A DNA stretch of 64,000 bases from an uncultured Candidatus Saccharibacteria bacterium (lineage in GTDB: Bacteria > Patescibacteriota > Minisyncoccia > Phycocordibacterales > SBAW01): contig CAZTNI010000001.1 of assembly GCA_964615415.1 (NCBI GenBank), positions 25,290-89,289 on the forward strand. The letters run 5' to 3'. A program made the position numbers and the translations under genes. Positions 44,212 to 52,163 of the stretch are shown here, piece by piece; within the stretch, counting starts at the first letter, position 1; each line of letters begins with the position of its first letter. The notes under the pieces were generated by a model. That model worked only from the letters and a program-made list of their open reading frames with translations. It ran no database searches and had not been told where the DNA came from.

Positions 44212-46551
44212 TTAGATTTCCTGAAACGCTGGCAACAGCGTAATCGTTGCGGTCGCACTTACACTTGTCTCACCATTGCTACAGGTAAGCGTATAGCGTT
44301 TTGTCTGTGTAATAGCAGTTGTTGAAACAGTACCCGTGGTGCTGGTAACGCTGTATGTACCAGTGTCATCTGTCGGGTCTGGAGAGATAGTGCAGGTAAG
44401 ACCTGTGATTGAACTGAGTGTCCAGCGGAGTGTCGAGGCTACGCCACGGCGAACTTTGTCGCCATAGAACGAGGAAATACTTGGCAAGTTAGCAACACAC
44501 TGTGTACCACTCCAGCTAAATCCTGATGGAATACAGCTGCCAGTAGGACCTGGGTTTGGCGCACTGCAGCCCGTTGGAACAGACGCCTGTCCGCCAATGA
44601 TGTCGGTACAAATATCGAGTGAACATTGGCTCCCCGTCCAGTAGTATCCTGACGGAATACATACACCTGATGGGCTTGGAGTTGGACCGGCGCAGCCCGT
44701 TGGAAGTGATGATTGCGAACCACCAACATCCGTACACACATCCGCTGGTCCAACGGTTACGGTAACCGTGTCTACCGCACTACTCCCTCCTGCTCCTGTG
44801 CACGTCAATGTATACGTGTACGTGCCGAGTGTAGAAAATGGGCCAACAGTGCGCTCTACGCCACTCGTACCCGTCGTAGATCCAGTCCACGGCGCAGCAG
44901 CATCTTTAGTGAGGGTGCAGTCGCTCGAGTTAGTAGACGACCAACTAAACGGAAGAGACGAACCTTGTGTTGTCGACACTGTGTCATCCGCTTCATTATT
45001 TCCAAGCAAGTCTGCAGTAGTGGCTGGGTTTACAGTTAGCGTTGTAGAACACGTGCCGCTGCCACCTGGTCCGGTTACGGTGCCGGTGTACGTAGTTGTC
45101 GTACTTGGCCCAACTGAAGTAGAACCTGCGCCCGGAGGAGTAGACACAGTCCCAACACTGGTTATTGAAAATGAGGTTGCCGCTGTTGAAGACCAGGTGA
45201 GCGTAGACGAACCACCACTATTTATAGTGCTTGGGCTAAGACTCAAGGTACACGTTGGTGTTGTAGCAGCAGTCCACGTAACGCGAACTTCTCCAAGACC
45301 ACCATAACTACCATCAACTTCTCTGTTCGGACCTCCGGTGCCTGTACTACCGCGTGCACCTACAGTAACTGCAATTGATGAGTCTTGGGTTAGTTCTCCA
45401 AAAGAAAATGTTTTGGTCGCATAGCCACCACCACCGCCTCCACCACCGTCGTTACTTAAACCACGACTGCCTCCACCTCCACCGCCGCCTGGCGACTTTC
45501 CGTAGTTTCCAAAAATAATGCCGGGACCGACAGCGCCGCCGCCATCACCCCCTGGTCCGCCCGCATCACCTCCACTACCACTCCAGTTGCCGGTCGGGTA
45601 TCCAGCATTATTACCGTCCTCTCCGTCTTGACTACCAGAACCTCCTCCCGAAGTCGATCCGCCGTCTCCACCAGGACCATTTCCTCCACAACAATAACTA
45701 GATGCGCGCCCCTTTTCTCCTCCATTAGCAATAACAGGGGTCGGAGAATTAAATTTACTTTGACCGCCGTTGGTTGCGTCGTCTTGCGACCACCATCCTG
45801 CCGAGCCACCACCGCCACCACCTCCCCACACTTCTACCGTCAAAGAGTCATATGCCGGAACAGTGAAAGTACCTGAAGACGTAAAGTGTTGTGTACCGCC
45901 GGTAGCGTCTATCCAGGTAATGCGTACCTCTCCGCGCGCGCCGTCACCTCCATCAGGGCTACCACTTGTAGCACCCGAGCCCCCAGACCCTACTGTTACG
46001 CTTATGTTAGACCCTGCTGTAAGCTCACCGCTTGTGTACGTTCTTGTTGCGTATGCTCCTCCTCCGCCGCCACCATAGTTTTTATAATATCCTGAAAAGT
46101 ATTCTGAATAGGAACTACTGCCTCCTCCCCCAGGAATCATACCGTTTGCCCCGTTGTCAGTGAGTGTATTAGGCGCCCCTTTACCACCGGCAGCCCCTCC
46201 TGCATTACCGCCCGCGCCTCCGCTCGCGCCACTCTGGCCCGCACTACCATTTGCACCTGAAGTTGCCCCAGAGTATGTACCTCCAGAACCTGCAGTACCA
46301 TTGTTATCGCCCCTACTTCCGCCATTCGCTATAAGCGGCGTGGGTGCATTAAATTTACTTTGCCCACCGTTACTACCATCAGCGTTGGAATTAGCGCCTC
46401 CTCCTCCACCGCCCCACACCTCCACTGTTATAGATGTATAGCCCGTAGGTACAGTAAAAGTGCCCGAACTTGTAAATGTTTGAGAGCCTGCAAACACAAG
46501 CTGTGGAAGAAATAAGAGTACACTGGCGAGAAGTAATTTTTTCATGATCAT
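44212..46551 (-). CDS. secreted glycine-rich protein with ~200-aa internal tandem duplication and conserved C-terminal domain/LPAFQEI tail
   Basis: Signal peptide MIMKKLLLASVLLFLPQLVFA. Two copies of QxFTSSGTFTVP..TVEVWGGGGGG...NGGQSKFN.PTP.IANGG...GEVR.TW. C-terminus ...KRYTLTCSNGETSVSATATITLLPAFQEI. Confidence 0.7.
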   Translation of the reverse strand: MIMKKLLLASVLLFLPQLVFAGSQTFTSSGTFTVPTGYTSITVEVWGGGGGGANSNADGSNGGQSKFNAPTPLIANGGSRGDNNGTAGSGGTYSGATSGANGSAGQSGASGGAGGNAGGAAGGKGAPNTLTDNGANGMIPGGGGSSSYSEYFSGYYKNYGGGGGGAYATRTYTSGELTAGSNISVTVGSGGSGATSGSPDGGDGARGEVRITWIDATGGTQHFTSSGTFTVPAYDSLTVEVWGGGGGGGSAGWWSQDDATNGGQSKFNSPTPVIANGGEKGRASSYCCGGNGPGGDGGSTSGGGSGSQDGEDGNNAGYPTGNWSGSGGDAGGPGGDGGGAVGPGIIFGNYGKSPGGGGGGGSRGLSNDGGGGGGGGYATKTFSFGELTQDSSIAVTVGARGSTGTGGPNREVDGSYGGLGEVRVTWTAATTPTCTLSLSPSTINSGGSSTLTWSSTAATSFSITSVGTVSTPPGAGSTSVGPSTTTTYTGTVTGPGGSGTCSTTLTVNPATTADLLGNNEADDTVSTTQGSSLPFSWSSTNSSDCTLTKDAAAPWTGSTTGTSGVERTVGPFSTLGTYTYTLTCTGAGGSSAVDTVTVTVGPADVCTDVGGSQSSLPTGCAGPTPSPSGVCIPSGYYWTGSQCSLDICTDIIGGQASVPTGCSAPNPGPTGSCIPSGFSWSGTQCVANLPSISSFYGDKVRRGVASTLRWTLSSITGLTCTISPDPTDDTGTYSVTSTTGTVSTTAITQTKRYTLTCSNGETSVSATATITLLPAFQEI

Positions 46552-47009
46552 TGACCTACATATACAACACCGACTTGCTTGCCACTTTTGTTATGGAACA
46601 GCCAGGTACCTTGCTCTTTAAATTTAAATTCCCAAAATTCTCCTGATGAAAGATTTTTGCACGAGTTAAATGCAGACTCGCCACACTCCCCTTCTTCTGG
46701 GTACGGAGGATTATCGATCGAAGAAACTCCTTCGAGCCACAGCTTCCCACCCGAGTTGTTTATAAATCGGATTGTGTCACCTGCGCGCACACGCACTTCC
46801 GACGGCTCAAAACGCGCATCGGAAAGAGAGACCAGATGTTCAAACCCGCCTTGACTTGAAGCAGGATTAGACGGCAACTCCGTTGTGATATTTTCCTCTT
46901 CCACAGGCAAAGGAGTAAGACTCGGCAAAAATATCCACGCAACAAAAAATGCAACACCTCCTAAGACAAGAAGAATGATAAGGGGGAGATATTTTTTAAC
47001 ATCCCACAT
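46548..47009 (-). CDS. hypothetical secreted/anchored protein with cupredoxin-like beta domain; translationally coupled (ATGA) to the Gly-rich gene
   Basis: N-terminal TM YLPLIILLVLGGVAFFVAWIFL. EVRVRAGDTIRFINNSGG pattern. Confidence 0.45.
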   Translation of the reverse strand: MWDVKKYLPLIILLVLGGVAFFVAWIFLPSLTPLPVEEENITTELPSNPASSQGGFEHLVSLSDARFEPSEVRVRAGDTIRFINNSGGKLWLEGVSSIDNPPYPEEGECGESAFNSCKNLSSGEFWEFKFKEQGTWLFHNKSGKQVGVVYVGQ

Positions 47010-47021
47010 GCTTGTTCCATT

Positions 47022-47043
47022 ATGGCACTGTAAAAACCCTCAT
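47022..47043 (-). terminator. rho-independent terminator downstream of tRNA-Arg(CCG)
   Basis: aaaaccctcgtatgagggtttttac on the minus strand. Confidence 0.55.
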
Positions 47044-47074
47044 ACGAGGGTTTTCAACAGTGAGGACACCTATG

Positions 47075-47146
47075 TCCTCTCGGCAAGAATCGAACTTGCA
47101 TCTCCTCCTTCGGAGGGAGGCGTTCTATCCATTGGACTACGAGAGG
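47075..47146 (-). tRNA. tRNA-Arg (anticodon CCG), C1:G72
   Basis: CCTCTCG/CGAGAGG acceptor. Anticodon arm CCTCC-CTCCGAA-GGAGG. T-arm GCAAGTTCGATTCTTGC. Confidence 0.75.
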
Positions 47147-47159
47147 GACCCGTGGAGTC

Positions 47160-47405
47160 TTATTGGGTCTTCAGAAGCCGAGCCACGCCCGCCTTCCGGC
47201 GTGCAGCGGTGTTCTTCTTTATAAGGCCACGCTTCATTGCCTTGTCGATAGCCTGGTATGCAGCTGCGAGTGCAGCGGCGTCCCCTTTGTTTGCAGAGCG
47301 AGCTGTCTTAAGAGCAGTGCGCAATGCAAAACGGCGCGAGTCGTTCATAGACTTGCGGCGGCGGCTTTGGCGGTGTGCCTTCTTTGCTGACTTTGTTATT
47401 GCCAT
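47160..47405 (-). CDS. rpsT: 30S ribosomal protein S20
   Basis: MAITKSAKKAHRQSRRRKSMN.... Start at the internal ATG. Confidence 0.85.
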   Translation of the reverse strand: MAITKSAKKAHRQSRRRKSMNDSRRFALRTALKTARSANKGDAAALAAAYQAIDKAMKRGLIKKNTAARRKAGVARLLKTQ

Positions 47406-47469
47406 GACAGGCAGAATACATTGAAAAGAGGTATTCCGCAAGCCGGCCCCTCCAGATTATAGTTAAGGC

Positions 47470-48060
47470 ATGATCGGGAAGCTTACGGGACGATTTGACG
47501 GCACCACCCCAGACGGCACCGCTCTTATTAATGTACATGGGGTAGGCTACGCCGTCCGGGTACCCGTCGGTTCCCTTCTTGACCTTAAAGCCGCATCCGG
47601 AGAAATCTCTCTCTATATACATACAGCAGTACGGGACGACGCTATCGACCTGTATGGGTTTACTGCAACCGAAGAACTCATATTTTTTAAACAATTAATG
47701 AGTGTCTCGGGTATTGGCCCCAAAACAGCCATCAATATTCTTAATGTGGCTGATGTCACCACCCTCAAAAACTCTGTTGCTCGTGGCGACAGCACGGCCC
47801 TCACTAAAGTGTTCGGTATTGGCAAAAAGAGTGCAGAGCGTATAGTAGTCGAACTGCGAGACAAACTTGCACAGGAAGTAGGAACAGCTGGCATTGGTAT
47901 TCCTGCGGGCGATGATGGCGAAGTTCTTGAAGCCCTCATGTCGCTCGGGTATAAAGCAGACGAAAGTAGAAAGGTATTGAAAGAAATCGGCCCTGCAAAA
48001 GAATTTTCTACTCGCGAGCGCATTGCTCAAGCACTCAAACACTTAGGTTCGCGCATGTAA
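47470..48060 (+). CDS. ruvA: Holliday junction DNA helicase RuvA
   Basis: MIGKLTGRF...VGYAVRVP (OB domain). LMSVSGIGPKTAINIL (HhH). Confidence 0.9.
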   Translation: MIGKLTGRFDGTTPDGTALINVHGVGYAVRVPVGSLLDLKAASGEISLYIHTAVRDDAIDLYGFTATEELIFFKQLMSVSGIGPKTAINILNVADVTTLKNSVARGDSTALTKVFGIGKKSAERIVVELRDKLAQEVGTAGIGIPAGDDGEVLEALMSLGYKADESRKVLKEIGPAKEFSTRERIAQALKHLGSRM

Positions 48061-48065
48061 GTAAT

Positions 48066-49316
48066 ATGAAATCACTACTTAAAAAACTGATCCCCGCTTC
48101 CCTGCTCGACCAGTATCATTTATTTCTTGCAAAGCTTGGCGCACGCATATACCGCCACCCTTCAAAAGAATTACTGGTAATTGGAGTGACTGGCACTAAA
48201 GGAAAATCCACTACCACAGAACTTATTCGGGCTATTTTAGAAGAAGCTGGCCACATGGTCGCTTCAACAAACACCATTCGCTTCGCCATCGGCAAAGAAA
48301 GTCGACCGAACCTTTTTAAAATGTCGATGCCAGGGCGCTTTTTCCTGCAAAAATTTTTACGTGAAGCAGTTACCAAGGGAGCTACCCATGCAGTTATTGA
48401 AATGACGTCTGAAGGCGCAAAGCAGCATCGTCATCGCGGTATCGAGATGGACGCTCTTGTGTTTACCAACCTTGCTCCTGAACACCTCGAGTCGCATGGC
48501 GGCATGGAAGCATATGCAAACGTAAAAATTTCTATCGCAAAACATCTTGCAACATCTTCAAAACGCCCTCGCTACATTGTAGCGAACGCAGACGATAAGT
48601 ACGGAAAACGCTTTTTGGAGGTCGATGTTGAAGAAAAACGCCCCTTCTCTCTGAAAGATGCAGAACCATACAACACGGACGACAAAGCTATTCGGTTTGT
48701 ATGGAAGCGCGAGCTGTTTACTGTTCCCCTGCCCGGCCTCTTTAACTTACAAAATGTGCTCGCCGCATTAACCATGGGAGACGCACTCGGCATCCCGCTT
48801 GAAACCATGAAGCGTGCACTTGAGCATGTATCAACAGTGCCCGGTCGTGCAGAGCGTGTGAACCGCGGCCAGCAATTTACCGTCATTGTCGACTACGCAC
48901 ATACACCAGATTCACTTCGTGCGCTGTACGAAACATTTAAAGGCAAGCGAATTATCGGCGTTATGGGTGCAACCGGCGGTGGCCGCGATCATTGGAAGCG
49001 TCCGGAAATGGGTGCCATTGCTGACGAGTATTGCGACATGGTCATCCTTACCAACGAGGACCCGTACGACGAAGACCCGAACAAAATTATTGCCGATGTT
49101 GCGAAAGGATTTTCTCGCAAAAAGCCGCATGTTATTTTCGATCGTCGCGCAGCTATCCGCGAAGCGCTTCGCGAAGCAAAGCAAGGCGATGCGATACTTA
49201 TAACCGGCAAGGGCACTGACCCGTACATCATGGGCCCACGTGGCACGAAAGAACCATGGAGCGACAAAAAAGTAGCTGAAGAAGAACTTGATAAACTATT
49301 TCCTTCTAAAAAATAG
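48066..49316 (+). CDS. Mur ligase family protein, MurE-like
   Basis: IGVTGTKGKSTT P-loop. VIVDYAHTPDSL (MurE-type DYAHTPD). No recognizable N-terminal UDP-binding domain. Confidence 0.6.
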   Translation: MKSLLKKLIPASLLDQYHLFLAKLGARIYRHPSKELLVIGVTGTKGKSTTTELIRAILEEAGHMVASTNTIRFAIGKESRPNLFKMSMPGRFFLQKFLREAVTKGATHAVIEMTSEGAKQHRHRGIEMDALVFTNLAPEHLESHGGMEAYANVKISIAKHLATSSKRPRYIVANADDKYGKRFLEVDVEEKRPFSLKDAEPYNTDDKAIRFVWKRELFTVPLPGLFNLQNVLAALTMGDALGIPLETMKRALEHVSTVPGRAERVNRGQQFTVIVDYAHTPDSLRALYETFKGKRIIGVMGATGGGRDHWKRPEMGAIADEYCDMVILTNEDPYDEDPNKIIADVAKGFSRKKPHVIFDRRAAIREALREAKQGDAILITGKGTDPYIMGPRGTKEPWSDKKVAEEELDKLFPSKK

Positions 49317-49334
49317 AAGGATACAATACAGCCT

Positions 49335-49544
49335 ATGGCGGACGATCATAAATCAGATCCATTTGCAGAAGCAAAAAACGTCGCGTACTGGGTAGTTGGA
49401 GTTATGTTGGTGCTTTTGGGTGCCTGGTATTTAAGCGGGGGCCCTGAACGCTCAGACCTGCGCGGCATATTCCTTACTCCTATAACGGGCGAGTCATACG
49501 GACCCACTCTTCCAACCGGACCAACGTCGACCCCTAATCGGTAA
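49335..49544 (+). CDS. hypothetical small membrane protein
   Basis: 69 aa, one TM. Confidence 0.3.
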   Translation: MADDHKSDPFAEAKNVAYWVVGVMLVLLGAWYLSGGPERSDLRGIFLTPITGESYGPTLPTGPTSTPNR

Positions 49545-49546
49545 TT

Positions 49547-49945
49547 ATGTTTAATCCATTCCCTGATCTCTTAATGTACGGGTTCTTTGCTCCCACCCTT
49601 CTTCGTTTTGCTGCTGCAACTATCTTTGCCTACCTCGCCTACCGACACTTCGAACACCGAGGAAAAGCGTCTCGCATTGTGTTCCCTATTGTAGGCCGCG
49701 GGGTTTGGATCGTATGGTTTGCAATTCTTGCAGAACTCGCAGTTGCTGCTGCGCTGTTTGCAGGATTTTATACACAAATTGCGGCGCTTGTGGGGGCTAT
49801 TATCGCACTCAAACACATTGTGTGGCGCGGCAAGTATCCAGGATTCTTTTGGATTACCCGCAGCGCAGCATTTGTACTCCTTACTGTTTGTCTTTCTCTT
49901 ATACTAAGTGGCGCCGGCGCCCTTGCTTTTGATCTTCCACTTTAG
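49547..49945 (+). CDS. hypothetical 4-TM membrane protein (DoxX-like)
   Basis: 132 aa, hydrophobic throughout. Confidence 0.4.
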   Translation: MFNPFPDLLMYGFFAPTLLRFAAATIFAYLAYRHFEHRGKASRIVFPIVGRGVWIVWFAILAELAVAAALFAGFYTQIAALVGAIIALKHIVWRGKYPGFFWITRSAAFVLLTVCLSLILSGAGALAFDLPL

Positions 49946-50029
49946 TAGGAATGGGTTAGAGAAATAAGTATTAAAGAGGCTACGCAGGCGCGACGGCGCC
50001 GAGTCTGAGCAAATTTCTAGCAAGAAATT

Positions 50030-50536
50030 ATGCGTACTCTTGAATACTTCATTTCCCAACCTATTCCCATGATTCTCATCCTCCACAACATACGCAGCGT
50101 CCATAACGTTGGATCTATATTCCGCACCGCGGACGCTGCGGGTGTGTCTAAAATATTTTTAACTGGCTACACCCCTACCCCCCTCGATCGCTTTAACCTA
50201 CCCCGCAAAGATTTTGCAAAAGTTTCTTTGGGCGCAGAGAAAACTATTCCCTGGGAATATGCAAAACAATTTGCGCCCGTGGCTAAAAAATTAAAGAAAG
50301 AGGACTACACCATTGCAGCTATTGAACAAGATAAAGACTCTACTTCCCTCTTTGACTACAAACCGCAAGATACAGAAAAACTCGCGCTTGTGTTGGGCAA
50401 CGAAGTGCTTGGTATTTCAAAACTGTCACTCAAACTCTGCGACGTTATTCTAGAGATCCCTATGCGAGGCAAAAAAGAATCCCTCAACGTCTCCGTCGCT
50501 GCAGGCATCGCAATGTTTACTGTTTTGCAAAAATAA
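50030..50536 (+). CDS. SpoU/TrmH-family RNA 2'-O-methyltransferase
   Basis: ILHNIRSVHNVGSIFRTADAAG...LVLGNEVLGIS...IPMRGKKESLNVSVAAGIAMF. Confidence 0.8.
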   Translation: MRTLEYFISQPIPMILILHNIRSVHNVGSIFRTADAAGVSKIFLTGYTPTPLDRFNLPRKDFAKVSLGAEKTIPWEYAKQFAPVAKKLKKEDYTIAAIEQDKDSTSLFDYKPQDTEKLALVLGNEVLGISKLSLKLCDVILEIPMRGKKESLNVSVAAGIAMFTVLQK

Positions 50537-50538
50537 AT

Positions 50539-50567
50539 CCCGCCGCGAATCGCGGCGGGTATTTTTA
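50539..50567. terminator. bidirectional rho-independent terminator
   Basis: cccgccgcg aat cgcggcggg, followed by tattttta (plus strand) and preceded by an A-run (minus strand). Confidence 0.7.
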
Positions 50568-50825
50568 TGAGGATGACTTGGGTGCGTCCGGAAAGAAGTG
50601 ATCTCGAACTGAGTGGAAGACACTGCCCGGAAGAGTCTCTTCGAATGTCCTCACCGGCTCCCGAAGAGGCTCGTTCGGATATTCCCCGAGGTTGAGCCGC
50701 GGCGGCTCCTTGCCCGAGAAAAATGTTTCGACAAGAGTTTCAAAGACGCTCGGGGTCTCCTCGAAGGATCTCACCGGTTCTCTCAGACCTCCGTCTTGAG
50801 GATAGATATCAATTCTGTTTTGCAT
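50565..50825 (-). CDS. hypothetical small protein with internal REPVR(S/T)FEET repeat
   Basis: ATG at 50825 with AAGGGAG SD. Two copies of LREPVRxFEETxP. Confidence 0.4.
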   Translation of the reverse strand: MQNRIDIYPQDGGLREPVRSFEETPSVFETLVETFFSGKEPPRLNLGEYPNEPLREPVRTFEETLPGSVFHSVRDHFFPDAPKSSS

Positions 50826-50937
50826 CAAACACTCCCTTGGTTACCACCAAAGGAACTGTACTCCTTAATGAAGAAACCCGCCAGAGGTCTTGCGACTTGG
50901 CGGGTTAAGCAGGTAGGGCTGCTCAGGCCTACGAGAA

Positions 50938-51279
50938 CTAGAGGTTCGGGAGAACTTCGCGGAGGAACTTCCCTCCGTCATTCGAATGCGGCACGTAGGC
51001 ACCGCGCCGAATATATCCGAAGCTGGTGCCCTGCATCACTTCTCGGAACTTCGCGACAACTGTCTGTTCGTCGAGACTGGGCAGGAAGTTTGCATTGAGG
51101 ACGACCCACGGCTTTCTGTCCTCGTCGTATATCGCGATCACGCCGTTATTGTCGTCGCACGTGAATGGCGACCCTCGGCCGACAAGCTGAGGCTTGCCGT
51201 TCACTGTCTCGGTCGTGCCGAGCGCAGAGAAAAAACCGTAGCCAAGAAGAATCTCTGAAAGCTTCTCATTCGTACCCAT
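50938..51279 (-). CDS. hypothetical protein
   Basis: ATG at 51279 with AGGAGA SD. A canonical promoter lies ~50 nt upstream. Confidence 0.45.
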   Translation of the reverse strand: MGTNEKLSEILLGYGFFSALGTTETVNGKPQLVGRGSPFTCDDNNGVIAIYDEDRKPWVVLNANFLPSLDEQTVVAKFREVMQGTSFGYIRRGAYVPHSNDGGKFLREVLPNL

Positions 51280-51337
51280 CTTGCGTCTCCTAAGACATCT
51301 TGCGGGTAGGCAGAGGCCAATCCTCATACCTAGTACA

Positions 51338-51366
51338 ATTATACACCCAAATTACATATTTGTCAA
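51338..51366 (-). promoter_or_regulatory. canonical sigma-70-type promoter (TTGACA, 17-nt spacer, TATAAT)
   Basis: Minus strand reads TTGACAaatatgtaatttgggtgTATAAT. -35 at 51361-51366, -10 at 51338-51343. Confidence 0.6.
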
Positions 51367-51513
51367 GTATATACAAGCCCCGCGAAAAAGCTTCAAAAAT
51401 AGGCACCATTTTGCTATAGTGTGTCAATTGCGCTCCATATCTGCACTTTGCTTGATATGGACGCGCGTTCGGGGCGAAAAGAAAGCGAGAGGCTTTCTTT
51501 TCTTCCTCACTTT

Positions 51514-51587
51514 GCGCCCATAGCTCAGTTTGGTAGAGCGGCTCCCTTTTAAGGAGAAGGTCCTTGGTTCAAATCCAAGTGGGCGCA
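51514..51587 (+). tRNA. tRNA-Lys (anticodon TTT)
   Basis: GCGCCCA/TGGGCGC acceptor. D-arm GCTCAGTTTGGTAGAGC. Anticodon loop CTTTTAA. T-arm CTTGGTTCAAATCCAAG. Confidence 0.85.
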
Positions 51588-51602
51588 CAAATATCCCTGA
51601 CC

Positions 51603-52163
51603 CTAGAGTTTTAAGGCAAATCGTTCCAGGAGAAGTTCTAGGTCCCCTGCCCCTCTGTGCGAATCGTGGTACAGGAAGGTTAATTCGCGCGAAAGTTTTA
51701 CATCTTGCATCTGCCGCGCCTTCCATGCCAGGAGCCCTGCTACCGCTTCTGCTTTTTCTCCTGCGCGGAGCGCTTCCGTAATCCCGAGCCACAGCTTTTT
51801 CTTATCTCTGGTACCGAGCGCAAAAGTCACTCCAAATGGATCAAATCCCCTCTCCTTTTTTGGTGCTTCTTTTTGTATATCAATGTTTGCACCTGCTTTT
51901 GTCAGGATGTCGGTCGGCCGTTTAAGCAATTTTTCTTCTTTGAAAACGAATGTGTGTTCCGACTCTACAAACACTTCTGCCAAATCTAGAAATTCGTCTT
52001 GCCGTTCACTGTTTATTGCCCCTTCTAAAATAAAAGTGCGTACTCCACCAAAAAGAGCTGTGGTGGATGCAAGCGCGGCAATCTCATCCACCGCCATGTT
52101 CATCCACTTTAATTCTTCCCCTTGCGGAGCCTTGCCTCCGCTGCCAACAATAACGCGCATCAT
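51603..52163 (-). CDS. hypothetical protein (weak resemblance to DNA polymerase III delta C-terminal region)
   Basis: 186 aa. The stop overlaps the polA start (ATGA). Confidence 0.3.
   Translation of the reverse strand: MMRVIVGSGGKAPQGEELKWMNMAVDEIAALASTTALFGGVRTFILEGAINSERQDEFLDLAEVFVESEHTFVFKEEKLLKRPTDILTKAGANIDIQKEAPKKERGFDPFGVTFALGTRDKKKLWLGITEALRAGEKAEAVAGLLAWKARQMQDVKLSRELTFLYHDSHRGAGDLELLLERFALKL

Noticed and set aside
51470-51510. 11-bp hairpin gaaaagaaagc-gagag-gctttcttttc upstream of tRNA-Lys as a terminator
   Set aside because: There is no upstream plus-strand gene to terminate, and the minus-strand context is not T-rich. It is more likely part of the tRNA promoter/leader.
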